Source: Phycisphaerales bacterium (GTDB lineage Bacteria; Pseudomonadota; Gammaproteobacteria; Competibacterales; Competibacteraceae). Taken from it: a DNA stretch of 41,265 nucleotides. The stretch covers positions 1-41,265 of the forward strand of contig JACSSB010000220.1 of NCBI GenBank assembly GCA_014879435.1, in the 5' to 3' direction. Shown piece after piece: positions 8,652-19,973 of this stretch. The first letter of the stretch is position 1. Every line of letters starts with the position of its first letter. Below the pieces are notes generated by a model. That model worked only from the letters and a program-made list of their open reading frames with translations, made no database searches and was not told the DNA's origin. The translations under genes were made by a program, and so were the position numbers.

Positions 8652-9296
8652 CTACGGTACGATCTGAATCTGTGGCGGTGGCGGTGGTAGGTTGATCGGT
8701 GTGTCTGCCGCAACCTGGGCTATGCTTTGCGAGGTTACCTTGATGGAATCGGACACCCATCTGAAAAAGGCTTTCAAGCTATCCGGTTGCAAGGTATCCA
8801 GCCGTATCACGATTTCGGTGATCCGCTTGAGCGGCTTTTCGTCAGCACCTGGCCCAGCGGCACAGGCGATCAGGTTGCCAGGTTTCTTATTTTTGAGCGT
8901 GTCAGCGGCACTTTCCCAACTATCGGTCGGCATCCCGTCAGTCATCAAAAAGATGAGGGGTTTCCAGTCACCTTTTTGGGTGGAGCTATTCTTTCGAACC
9001 TCACGGTTGATCGCCTCATCCAGCAGCTTCAGTGCCCCACCTAAGGCAGTAGCCCCCGACGCACGCAACATAGGTTCCTGAAAAGCCATCAATTCGGTCA
9101 ATGGCATGATCTGCCGTGCCACGCTATCGAAGGTAATCACAGAGAGATAAGCGGTTTCGATGGCCTGTGGATCACTTCGCAGATCTGCAAGTAGCGCTTT
9201 AACGCCTTGTCGGACAGCTTCAATCGGCTCGCCGCTCATCGAACCGGAGGTGTCAAGCAACAGATAAACTGGTAAACGGCGAGTAGTTTCAGACAT
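8652..9296 (-). CDS. terY: TerY-like vWA domain protein
   Basis: RRLPVYLLLDTSGSM, GATALG, DWKPLIFLMTDG and C-terminal LPPPPP are typical of TerY; GAGGA RBS. Confidence 0.92.
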   Translation of the reverse strand: MSETTRRLPVYLLLDTSGSMSGEPIEAVRQGVKALLADLRSDPQAIETAYLSVITFDSVARQIMPLTELMAFQEPMLRASGATALGGALKLLDEAINREVRKNSSTQKGDWKPLIFLMTDGMPTDSWESAADTLKNKKPGNLIACAAGPGADEKPLKRITEIVIRLDTLQPDSLKAFFRWVSDSIKVTSQSIAQVAADTPINLPPPPPQIQIVP

Positions 9297-9299
9297 AAC

Positions 9300-9420
9300 C
9301 TAGCTTCCTCATTTAAGGTATTTATTTTAATATTTGTTTCATTTAGATTACGTAATAATATTAAACCAAGTGAACTTATTTGTGAAATATTTCCATAAAC
9401 TTTTTACTGCCATGACTTTT
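9300..9420 (-). promoter_or_regulatory. Very AT-rich putative promoter region of the terY operon
   Basis: Abrupt A/T-rich stretch directly upstream of the terY RBS; exact -10/-35 elements not assigned. Confidence 0.5.
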
Positions 9421-9757
9421 TGATGGGAGTGTATATTCGAAGTGATTACCGAGTTTCCTTCGAAATTTCATCCATCAAGGAAGAGGTAGAATTGAGTCAG
9501 TTTTGGGAGGTAAGAAATGAAGGGACTAGGAGTCGCCCTCATGCGATTGAAGGCTTGTTCTGTGAAGATTGGGTAACACCGAAGATGCTACGAAAGTGTT
9601 GTCAACGACCCACACATTCGGCAGCAACTCTGAACTCGATCAGTCCATTCCACAACAGCTTGCAGCGTGCTGATGCTTCACCAGCGATTACGCGGTGACT
9701 AGGAATTTCTCCTCGAATTCTTGATCGGGATGGACTGCCCTTCGTATGAAGAAACCA

Positions 9758-9790
9758 CCCCGTCAACGATGTACTGAATCGTTGACGGGG
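9758..9790 (-). terminator. Intrinsic terminator downstream of the fructokinase gene
   Basis: Perfect 13-bp stem CCCCGTCAACGAT/ATCGTTGACGGGG with 7-nt loop, followed by TGGTTTCTTC on the minus strand. Confidence 0.75.
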
Positions 9791-9819
9791 CGATTACTTA
9801 ATTTACCGATCAAGCCCAG

Positions 9820-10776
9820 TTACTGGCCGCGCAGGAATTCCAGCACGCGCGCACGATCTGGCAGTGCTGGAATCGCACCGCGCTGGGTCGTGGCCAATGC
9901 GCCAACTGCATTGGCGAAGCGGCATAGCTCGCGCAAGCGGGCTTCGTCCTGAATCACTGCCGGGTCACTAAGTACCCCTTGCAGCAAACCAGCTACAAAG
10001 CCATCCCCTGCTCCAGTAGCATCGACCGCATCGACTGTAAAGCTAGACACTTCACCGGAAAAATCTGGAGTGATGTAGACACAACCTCCACGCCCCCGCG
10101 TCACCACCATTAATTTCAAATCATCGTGCCAAAGCGCCTTACAAGCAGCACGCACATCGCTTAATCCAGTCAAAAACACGCTTTCGTCATCGCTGAGTTT
10201 GACCAGATGCGCCTTCTTCATCCCCAGCAGCATCCCTTCTCGTGCAGCGCCTGCATCCGACCACAACGGTAATCGCAGATTGGGATCGTAGGACACCAGA
10301 CAACCGGCGGTACGAGCCGCTTCAACCGCGTGCAAAGTGGCACTGCGCGATGGCTCGCTGATCAGGCTGATCGAGCCGAAATGCAGAAGCTTGGCACGCT
10401 GGATCGCTTGCACATCCACATCATGTGGTGTGAACAGCATATCGGCGCTGGGATGGCGGTAGAACATGAATTCACGTTCCCCATCCGCTCGCAGCGAGAC
10501 AAAGGCTAGCGCGGTGCGTGCCTCGGAGGAAAAACACAGGGGGCCGACATCGACTCCAGTCTGGGTCAGCGTATCGGCCAGAAAGTGTCCGAAGGCGTCA
10601 TCGCCGACCTTGCCCATAAACGCGCTCTCGATCCCAAGTCGGGCCAGTCCGACCGCAACATTGCCCGGTGCTCCACCCGGCGCCTTGATAAATGCAGGAG
10701 CATCGACCAGGCCGGTACCCGTCACCGTGGGAACGAAATCGATGAGTAACTCACCCAGACAGATTGCTTGCGCCAT
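9820..10776 (-). CDS. PfkB-family carbohydrate kinase, probable fructokinase
   Basis: Motifs GELLIDF, PGGAPGNVA, YDPNLRLPLW, DATGAGDGF. Start at ATG 10776 with strong GGAGGAGG RBS. Confidence 0.93.
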   Translation of the reverse strand: MAQAICLGELLIDFVPTVTGTGLVDAPAFIKAPGGAPGNVAVGLARLGIESAFMGKVGDDAFGHFLADTLTQTGVDVGPLCFSSEARTALAFVSLRADGEREFMFYRHPSADMLFTPHDVDVQAIQRAKLLHFGSISLISEPSRSATLHAVEAARTAGCLVSYDPNLRLPLWSDAGAAREGMLLGMKKAHLVKLSDDESVFLTGLSDVRAACKALWHDDLKLMVVTRGRGGCVYITPDFSGEVSSFTVDAVDATGAGDGFVAGLLQGVLSDPAVIQDEARLRELCRFANAVGALATTQRGAIPALPDRARVLEFLRGQ

Positions 10777-10905
10777 ATTCGCGATTCCTCCTCCCAAAAA
10801 ATATTTAATTGACCCAAAATTGCCTTTACTACGCATGGTAAAGGGCGTTTAGTCTCAATAGCCGATATCCTCACAATCATGGATGTAATCTCACCTGAAG
10901 GCAAC

Positions 10906-12873
10906 ATGATGAACAATCGATCTCCTGTCGATGCAATCGACCTGAATAGCCTGTTCGAGCACCTGCTCTCCGGTCCCCTGGGTCAAATGAATGCCATGGA
11001 ACAGAATCTCTTTCGGATTCAGTTCGATTTGCATATGCCAGATGTGCTAAGGCCACTGGCAACGCTCTACGGCAAACGCCCGGATTTTGCCGCACACTTG
11101 GAAAATATGCTTGAGATCGTGGCGCGGGCCTATGCCAGTCGATCCGAAGAATTACGTCTGCTCGATCTGCGGCGGATCAGCGAACCGGATTGGTTCCAAA
11201 AACCGAGCATGATCGGTTATGTCGGCTACGTGGACCGTTTTGCTGGTGATCTGGCCGGTGTCAAAGAGCGGATTCCGTATCTGAAGGAGCTTGGCGTCAC
11301 TTACCTGCACCTGATGCCGCTACTCAAACCGCGCCCTGGCGCCAATGATGGCGGTTATGCGGTGATGGACTACCGCCAAGTCAATTCCGCTTATGGCACT
11401 TTGGAAAATTTGCGTGAACTGACAGCAGCACTTCGCCAGGAAGGCATCAGTTTGTGTATCGATCTGGTGTGTAATCACACCGCGAAAGAGCACGAGTGGG
11501 CACGCAAGGCTGTAGCCGGTGATCCGACTTATCAAGATTACTACTACATGTTTCCTAACCGGGTGATGCCCGATCAATACGAAATGACCCTACCCGAGGT
11601 CTTTCCAGATTTTGCACCGGGTAATTTCACCTTTTACGACAGTTGTCAGCGTTGGGTGTGGACCACATTCAATGAGTATCAGTGGGATCTGAACTACGGC
11701 AATCCGGCGGTTTTGGCCGAGATGCTGGATATCATGCTGTTCCTGGCCAACCAAGGGGTGGAAATCCTCCGTCTGGATGCCGTCGCCTTCTTATGGAAAC
11801 GTTTAGGAACCGATTGCCAGAATCAGCCGGAGGCGCATGCGATTTTGCAAGCATTCCGAGCATTGACCCGGATCGCCGCCCCAGGACTGCTGTTTAAGGC
11901 AGAAGCTATCGTCTCGCCTGACCAACTACTTCCTTACCTGGGCTTGGGCGCGGCCACGCATAAGGAATGCGAGATCGCCTATCACAATTCACTCATGGTA
12001 CTACTGTGGAGCAGCTTGGCCGAGCGCCGAGTGGTATTAATGACACACGCTTTGCAGAACATGCCGGATACGCCAGTCGGCTGCGCTTGGCTTGCCTATA
12101 TCCGTTGCCATGACGATATCGGCTGGGCGATACGCGATGAGGATGCTGCAGCCATTGGGCTCTCTGGTTTCTTACACCGTGCCTTTCTCAGCGATTTTTA
12201 TAGCAGCCGTTTTCCCGAAACCTTCGCTCGAGGTATGACCTTTCAATACAACCCCAAGAATGGCGACCGCAGGATCAGCGGCACCCTGGCATCTCTGGCT
12301 GGATTGGAAGCGGCGACCGAGCAACGAAATTGGCAAGAAACCGATCTGGCTGTGCGCCGCATCCTGTTGCTGCACGCCATGATTCTGGCCTTCAATGGTA
12401 TCCCCATGATCTACATGGGTGATGAGCTGGGTTTGCTAAACGACCCTAGCTATCTGGATGACCCAAATCTTGCGGACGATAATCGATGGGCGCATCGTCC
12501 CTTTATGGATTGGCATCAGGCTGAGCAACGGCACGATTGGCAGACCCTTACCGCTCGGATCTTCCAGGCCATCCGCAGCATGATTCAAACCGCTAAGCAC
12601 ACCCTAAATCTGCATGCTCAGGCCCGCTGTTACGCGGTCTGGACATACAACGAGCAGGTTTTCGGATTGATTCGCGCCAGCGCACGGGGGAAATTATTGG
12701 TGCTGGCCAATTTTAGCGAGCACGATCAGATAGTTCCTCGTCACCGGATCCACGACATGGGTTTTAAGGGAGTGCTTGTCAACCGCCTGGGAGAACAACC
12801 ACTAGACAGTTGGTCCGACTTGAAGCTTGAACCCTATCAAGTACTGTGGCTGGAACAAGTTTCAGAGGACTGA
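10906..12873 (+). CDS. ams: Amylosucrase / sucrose hydrolase (GH13 subfamily 4)
   Basis: Motifs DGGYAV, QWDLN, LRLDAVAFLWK (nucleophile), FKAEAIV (acid/base), YIRCHDDIGW, GDRRISG, DNRWAHRP. Start may be 10879. Confidence 0.9.
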   Translation: MMNNRSPVDAIDLNSLFEHLLSGPLGQMNAMEQNLFRIQFDLHMPDVLRPLATLYGKRPDFAAHLENMLEIVARAYASRSEELRLLDLRRISEPDWFQKPSMIGYVGYVDRFAGDLAGVKERIPYLKELGVTYLHLMPLLKPRPGANDGGYAVMDYRQVNSAYGTLENLRELTAALRQEGISLCIDLVCNHTAKEHEWARKAVAGDPTYQDYYYMFPNRVMPDQYEMTLPEVFPDFAPGNFTFYDSCQRWVWTTFNEYQWDLNYGNPAVLAEMLDIMLFLANQGVEILRLDAVAFLWKRLGTDCQNQPEAHAILQAFRALTRIAAPGLLFKAEAIVSPDQLLPYLGLGAATHKECEIAYHNSLMVLLWSSLAERRVVLMTHALQNMPDTPVGCAWLAYIRCHDDIGWAIRDEDAAAIGLSGFLHRAFLSDFYSSRFPETFARGMTFQYNPKNGDRRISGTLASLAGLEAATEQRNWQETDLAVRRILLLHAMILAFNGIPMIYMGDELGLLNDPSYLDDPNLADDNRWAHRPFMDWHQAEQRHDWQTLTARIFQAIRSMIQTAKHTLNLHAQARCYAVWTYNEQVFGLIRASARGKLLVLANFSEHDQIVPRHRIHDMGFKGVLVNRLGEQPLDSWSDLKLEPYQVLWLEQVSED

Positions 12874-12986
12874 ATTTGTAGCAACAAATGTCCAAAACGG
12901 TGTTTTCCATTGTGTGCTGTTAGATTATTCTATTTACTACCATGTTTGTTGTTTAATTACAACGCAATGGCTCATCTCCACAATGA

Positions 12987-14654
<1,668 letters not shown>

Positions 14655-14676
14655 GCCGAGCAACGAGGATAAGACG

Positions 14677-15063
14677 ATGAAACGATTGATCACTCTAGTG
14701 ATAGCAGCCACTTTGGGCGTGGCCTTGGGCGGTTGCATGGCCGCTATGCAGCAGAATGCTCAGCAACAAGAAGAGCTATTGACTACGGCTGGTTTTAGCG
14801 TGTTACATGCCGATACTCCTGAAAAAATGTCGCGCTTGAAAAGGTTACCGTTTTATGAAGTAGGGAAGCGGGAAAAAGACGGGAAACTTGTTTATTATTA
14901 TGCTGACCCTCATTTTTGTCAGTGTGTTTATATCGGCGACGAGTCTAATTATCAGGCATACCATAAACTCCTAGTCGATAATAAATTACATGCGGGGCCG
15001 GTTGCAGTAACGCCGGCAGACATGAAGTCCGAAGAGGAATGGCGTGTGCTGGGCTCGCAATAA
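14677..15063 (+). CDS. Putative lipoprotein (128 aa), unknown function
   Basis: GAGGA RBS; MKRLITLVIAATLGVALGG-C lipobox; YYADPHFCQCVYIGD motif. Confidence 0.8.
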   Translation: MKRLITLVIAATLGVALGGCMAAMQQNAQQQEELLTTAGFSVLHADTPEKMSRLKRLPFYEVGKREKDGKLVYYYADPHFCQCVYIGDESNYQAYHKLLVDNKLHAGPVAVTPADMKSEEEWRVLGSQ

Positions 15064-15102
15064 GCGACAAATCTAAACTACGCACCCAATACTACCATTG
15101 AT

Positions 15103-15140
15103 ATAACGGCCTTTCTCCCTGTATGGAGAAGGGCCGTTAT
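15103..15140. terminator. Hairpin between convergent genes (likely terminator)
   Basis: 16-bp stem ATAACGGCCTTTCTCC/GGAGAAGGGCCGTTAT (one G-U) with 6-nt loop. Confidence 0.75.
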
Positions 15141-15234
15141 GCGTAAAGAGTTAAGAAAAATCAGTGGCACTTCAGATATCGATAAAGCTCATCAACTGCT
15201 TTTAAAAACCCAATACCCGCAACGAAAAATTTGA

Positions 15235-15807
15235 TTAAAGCCTAATTTCGGCAACAGCAACACCCGCGTCGATTCGCGGTGGCCCAAATCCAACCTTAGT
15301 CAGTAACGGGACCATAGCTGTGTTGTTTAGGAGAAATAACGCGACTAAGTGCGAGATTCCTCGTACACGTGCCGCTTCGATTAATAAATGCAACAATAAG
15401 CTTGCCAATCCGACACGGCGCCACTCCGGTTTCACTACGAAAGCGATTTCCGCCGATTCCCGATCCGGCGCACCTTCATAACGAGTAACACCGATTGCTC
15501 GGCCATCTTCGGCAAAGGCCAGTAGCGCTAGCCGCCAGCGATAATCGACATGCGTGAGTGAATGCAGGCGCTGGGCATCCAGTTTAGGACGCGGCGTAAA
15601 AAAGCGTTGATAAAGCGTTTCGGGGTCGGCCTCGCGCCACTCACGCTCAAAAGCCAGCTCATCGGCAGGGATCACCGGTCGAACGAACACCGAACGGCCA
15701 TCTCGCAAGCTCAAAATCTGCTCAAGTTCGGCTGGATATCCTGGAGGGCGGGCAGCGGCAACGGGCGACTGCGCGAATGGGGATGAGATTTCGCGTTGTG
15801 CACTCAT
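15235..15807 (-). CDS. GNAT-family N-acetyltransferase (stand-alone, similar to the GNAT domain of Pat-type protein acetyltransferases)
   Basis: LRDGRSVFVRPV, LYQRFF, HVDY, AEIAFVV...RRVGLAS acetyl-CoA motif; GGAG RBS. Confidence 0.85.
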   Translation of the reverse strand: MSAQREISSPFAQSPVAAARPPGYPAELEQILSLRDGRSVFVRPVIPADELAFEREWREADPETLYQRFFTPRPKLDAQRLHSLTHVDYRWRLALLAFAEDGRAIGVTRYEGAPDRESAEIAFVVKPEWRRVGLASLLLHLLIEAARVRGISHLVALFLLNNTAMVPLLTKVGFGPPRIDAGVAVAEIRL

Positions 15808-16590
15808 ACGGACTAGCTCCTGACCAGACGATTACTCGCGGCATGTGCATCATTCTGCTGGTTCGCCATCAGCTGATCCTGAAAAATCATTTTCGTTCCG
15901 ATACTGCGACTTAAAACAAACCAGTCCCAAAAATAAGTCGCAGCACTGGCTTAAAAACTATCTGGGAATCAATACTGAACGGTTTGGGATACTTATGCAA
16001 TAGCTTTCACCACCGGACGCTACTGATAATCTTGAACAACACAGAATTGCTCATCTTTCGCTTCTTCAATAGATATGGATATTCACTCAGGTTTTTTGGA
16101 ATTAGATGATGGATTATTGTCTAACCTGCATCGCTCAGATTCAATGGCCCGGTCAGTAAGGCCCAGATTGAAGGAATATCGGAGCATATTCCAGAATATT
16201 TGTGGTAGTATTAGTTCGAATCAATCATGTGCGATCCTTAGATAAAGGGCAGGTGGAACAGGCCGTTGCACTCATGAAAAATAGACCATGGCCATCTCCT
16301 ACCGCAACTGATTGCCACACCATCATTATTGGGATTCCCCAGAATACTGAATTAGGTGATTTTTCAAAAAATTTTTATTAGGATTAGCTGAGTTTTTCCG
16401 ATTTCACTTACCCCCGCTAGCGTCGTGACCACGAATGGGTTGGGATAGTGAGCGGATGTCTGGCCAGACAGCGCGACTAACCCTTGGCCTGGGTAATGGA
16501 TGATGCTACCAAGGTGTCGGTATTGGTCAGTTCTGACTGTAACAGCGCTTGAAAATAGCTTAATTATTAAAACCACTGGAGAGCAACGCT

Positions 16591-17904
16591 GTGAAACTTT
16601 CAACATTAGCCACTTGGGTTACTGTATCCCTATCGTCCATTGCTGCGGCCCAAGCTACCACCACTGTCACCATCGGTACGGTTAATAATGGTGACATGAT
16701 CATCATGCAGAAACTATCCAGCGAATTTGAGAAACAGAATCCAGATATCAAACTGGACTGGGTCGTGCTGGAAGAAAACGTATTGCGCCAGCGTATAACC
16801 ACCGATATTGCGACCAAAAGCGGCCAGTTCGATGTAGCGACCGTTGGAATTTACGAGGTACCCATTTGGGCTAAGCAGGGATGGTTAAAACCTCTGGAAA
16901 ATCTACCCGCAGATTATGATGAGAGCGATTTGCTGAAAACGGTACGCGAAGGGCTTTCCTATGAAGGCAAACTCTACGCCGCACCGTTCTACGCTGAAAG
17001 TTCGATGCTGTTCTATCGGACCGACCTCTTTCAAAAAGCCGGATTATCCATGCCAGAACAGCCGACATGGGAAAATGTCAAGGAGTGGGCAGCAAAACTT
17101 ACCGACAAGGCAGGTGATGTCTACGGTATCTGCCTACGTGGCAAGCCCGGCTGGGGCGAAAATATGGCCTTCCTGTCCTCCATGATCAACACTTATGGTG
17201 GTCAATGGTTCGATATGAAGTGGCAGCCCACGATCGACACGCCAGAGTGGAAAGCAGCCATCGGTGATTATGTCGAATTGCTGAATAAATACGGCCCACC
17301 AGGTGCCGCAGCCAACGGTTTCAACGAAACCCTTACGTTGTTTGCCAACGGCAAATGTGCGATGTGGGTCGATGCTACGGTAGCAGCCGGTCTACTCTAC
17401 AATCCAAAAGAATCCAAGGTAGCCGACAAGGTGGGTTTTGCCCAGGCACCCATCGCCAAAACCCCGAAGGGTTCTCATTGGTTATGGTCATGGACACTGG
17501 CAATCCCTCTCTCATCTGACGCCCAAGAAGCTGCACAAAAATTTGTCCTTTGGGCTACGTCCAAATCGTACATCCAATTGGTCGGTGAAAAGGACGGTTG
17601 GACCAGTGTGCCGCCAGGAACGCGCACATCGACCTATGAGAATCCTAAATATACCGAAGTTGCACCCTTCGCCAAGCCCGTGCTGGAAGCGATCGAAACT
17701 GCCAATCCCACCGACCAAACCCTCAATCCACGGCCTTATATCGGCATCCAGTATGTCGGTATTCCTGAGTTCCAGGCCATTGGTACCCAAGTGGGACAAA
17801 GCATCGCCGCCGTACTGAGCGGTCAGATGCCCTTGGAACAAGCCCTAAAGAGTGCTCAAGCCTCCGCAGCTCGCACCATGCGACAAGCCGGTTATGGCAA
17901 GTAA
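16591..17904 (+). CDS. smoE: Polyol (sorbitol/mannitol) ABC transporter substrate-binding protein
   Basis: TVNNGDMI, LEENVLRQ, PFYAESS, CLRGKPGWGEN, WLWSW, GIQYVGIPEFQ; GTG start with GGAG. Confidence 0.92.
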   Translation: MKLSTLATWVTVSLSSIAAAQATTTVTIGTVNNGDMIIMQKLSSEFEKQNPDIKLDWVVLEENVLRQRITTDIATKSGQFDVATVGIYEVPIWAKQGWLKPLENLPADYDESDLLKTVREGLSYEGKLYAAPFYAESSMLFYRTDLFQKAGLSMPEQPTWENVKEWAAKLTDKAGDVYGICLRGKPGWGENMAFLSSMINTYGGQWFDMKWQPTIDTPEWKAAIGDYVELLNKYGPPGAAANGFNETLTLFANGKCAMWVDATVAAGLLYNPKESKVADKVGFAQAPIAKTPKGSHWLWSWTLAIPLSSDAQEAAQKFVLWATSKSYIQLVGEKDGWTSVPPGTRTSTYENPKYTEVAPFAKPVLEAIETANPTDQTLNPRPYIGIQYVGIPEFQAIGTQVGQSIAAVLSGQMPLEQALKSAQASAARTMRQAGYGK

Positions 17905-17955
17905 CTCATTAACGGCCACTCATGGGCTGATGCAACGGTTCTGATAGGTTAAAAA

Positions 17956-18039
17956 GCGTGAGGTAGATCAGGGTAAGTATCCATTTTTATCGGGTAACCG
18001 ATAGATTTGGCACGAAATACCCTCTTATCTGCCTCACGC
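17956..18039 (+). promoter_or_regulatory. Long intercistronic RNA hairpin with GNRA-capped inner stem
   Basis: GCGTGAGGTAGAT pairs with ATCTGCCTCACGC; AGGGTA pairs with TACCCT; inner TATCGG-GTAA-CCGATA. Confidence 0.6.
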
Positions 18040-18195
18040 AGATCCAAACCATCGGAATCGATGCAGCAATCCGCTCGTTCCCACCTCGTCCTCTGGTTGG
18101 ATTTCCCCTGAAAAATCGGTTCGGGGGTATATCGCTTATTCCAATTCGCCAGCAGGAAGAGAGTTGACAGGATCTCACGCAAGAGGGGTATTGCC

Positions 18196-19107
18196 ATGAC
18201 GACTCTGGCACCAACGCATCCCGCTACCAAACCAGCGAGAAAAAACCGGGAAGTCGATACTCGACCACTCCTTTGGCCCTCGATCGCAGTTCTATTTCTA
18301 TGGATGATCGTGCCTCTGGCCATGACCTTGTATTTCTCGGTCATCCGTTACAATTTGCTCAGCCCCGATCTCACCGGTTTCGTTGGTCTCGAAAACTACG
18401 CCTTCCTATTTGATGACCCAGCACTTTGGACATCACTATGGAACACACTGGTACTGGTCGGCTCGGTACTGATCATCACTGTAGTATTCGGCACCTTGTT
18501 CGCGGTGCTCTATAACCAAGAATTTCCTGGCCGTGGAGTAGCCCGACTACTAGTGATCGCACCATTCTTCGTCATGCCTACGGTCAGTGCGCTGGTATGG
18601 AAGAACATGATGATGCATCCGGTCTATGGCTTGATCGCTTGGCTGCAAAGTCTACTAGGCATCCAACCCACTGATTGGTTCTCCAACTACCCGATGCTCG
18701 CCGTCATCATCATCATCGCTTGGCAATGGGTGCCCTTTGCCTTCTTGATCCTGCTGACCGCCATTCAATCCCTGGATACCGAACAAAAGGAAGCCGCTCG
18801 CATCGATGGTGCTGGACCGCTGGCGATGTTCTTCTATATCACCCTGCCGCATTTGAGTCGGGCCATTTCCGTGGTCATCATGATCGAGACCATCTTTTTG
18901 CTCACGATCTTTGCGGAGATTTACGTCACCACCGCAGGCGGCCCAGGAACGGCCACTACCAATCTAGCGTGGCTGATCTACTCGGTTGGCCTGCTCCAGT
19001 TCGATGTGGGTTACGCCTCGGCCGGTGGCATCATCGCCGTGGTCCTGGCCAACATCGTGGCGATTTTCCTGGTGCGGACCGTCTCCCGCAACCTGCAACA
19101 AGCCTGA
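18196..19107 (+). CDS. smoF: Polyol ABC transporter permease
   Basis: Hydrophobic; EAARIDGA (EAA loop); PFFVMPTVSALVWKN. Confidence 0.92.
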   Translation: MTTLAPTHPATKPARKNREVDTRPLLWPSIAVLFLWMIVPLAMTLYFSVIRYNLLSPDLTGFVGLENYAFLFDDPALWTSLWNTLVLVGSVLIITVVFGTLFAVLYNQEFPGRGVARLLVIAPFFVMPTVSALVWKNMMMHPVYGLIAWLQSLLGIQPTDWFSNYPMLAVIIIIAWQWVPFAFLILLTAIQSLDTEQKEAARIDGAGPLAMFFYITLPHLSRAISVVIMIETIFLLTIFAEIYVTTAGGPGTATTNLAWLIYSVGLLQFDVGYASAGGIIAVVLANIVAIFLVRTVSRNLQQA

Positions 19108-19120
19108 GGTCGCCGCCATC

Positions 19121-19939
19121 ATGTCCGACTCTCGACAAAAACTCTGGCTCACCATTCTGGCCTGGACCATCGCGCTGTTGGTGTTCTTTCCCATCTTCTG
19201 GATGGCATTGACCTCCTTCAAGACCGAGACCGAGGCAATCAGCACGCCACCGTCGTTGTTCTTCGTCCCAACTTTGGACAACTTCACGGAAGTGTTCGCA
19301 CGCAGTAATTACGCGCGCTTCGTCTGGAACTCTATCGCGGTGTCCTTCGGCTCCACCTTGCTGGCCCTCGCCTTCGCAGTTCCAGCCGCCTATGCCATGG
19401 CGTTTTTCCCAACCAAGCGCACGCCGTCCATCTTACTGTGGATGCTTTCCACCAAGATGATGCCACCCGTTGGGGTGCTGATCCCGATCTACCTGCTGTT
19501 CAAAAATTTGAGCTTGTTGGATACGGTCACGGGATTACTCATTATTTATACCCTGATCAACCTGCCTATCGTCGTGTGGATGCTGTACACCTATTTCAAG
19601 GATGTGCCCGGCGAGATTCTCGAAGCGGGACGAGTGGATGGGGCAAAGCCCATGCAAGAACTCTTTCTGCTGCTGATTCCGCTGGCTGTACCGGGTATCG
19701 CTAGCACTGGCTTGCTATCGGTCATCCTGTCCTGGAACGAAGCATTTTGGAGCCTGAATTTGGCCAGCTCTAATGGTGCGCCTCTCACGGCTTTCATCGC
19801 CTCGTTCTCCAGTCCGCAAGGCTTATTCTGGGCCAAGCTATCCGCCGCCTCTCTGATGGCCATCGCCCCTATTTTGATCGTGGGCTGGATGAGTCAGCGG
19901 CAATTGGTCTCGGGCTTGACCTTCGGCGCCGTGAAGTAA
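19121..19939 (+). CDS. smoG: Polyol ABC transporter permease
   Basis: WMLSTKMMP, EAGRVDGA, WNEAFW, GLTFGAVK. Start reassigned to ATG 19121. Confidence 0.92.
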   Translation: MSDSRQKLWLTILAWTIALLVFFPIFWMALTSFKTETEAISTPPSLFFVPTLDNFTEVFARSNYARFVWNSIAVSFGSTLLALAFAVPAAYAMAFFPTKRTPSILLWMLSTKMMPPVGVLIPIYLLFKNLSLLDTVTGLLIIYTLINLPIVVWMLYTYFKDVPGEILEAGRVDGAKPMQELFLLLIPLAVPGIASTGLLSVILSWNEAFWSLNLASSNGAPLTAFIASFSSPQGLFWAKLSAASLMAIAPILIVGWMSQRQLVSGLTFGAVK

Positions 19940-19973
19940 TCCATCACTCCTCTTTTCCGCAAGGACATTGATC

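Noticed and set aside
8652-9296. Calling the locus a tellurite-resistance operon
   Set aside because: No terZABCDE genes in the window; TerY alone does not support that phenotype.
9420-9698. 92-aa ORF between terY and the fructokinase gene
   Set aside because: No RBS or motif; probably non-coding.
950-9750. Mobile-element boundaries around the terY operon
   Set aside because: No integrase, transposase, tRNA or flanking direct repeats could be seen.
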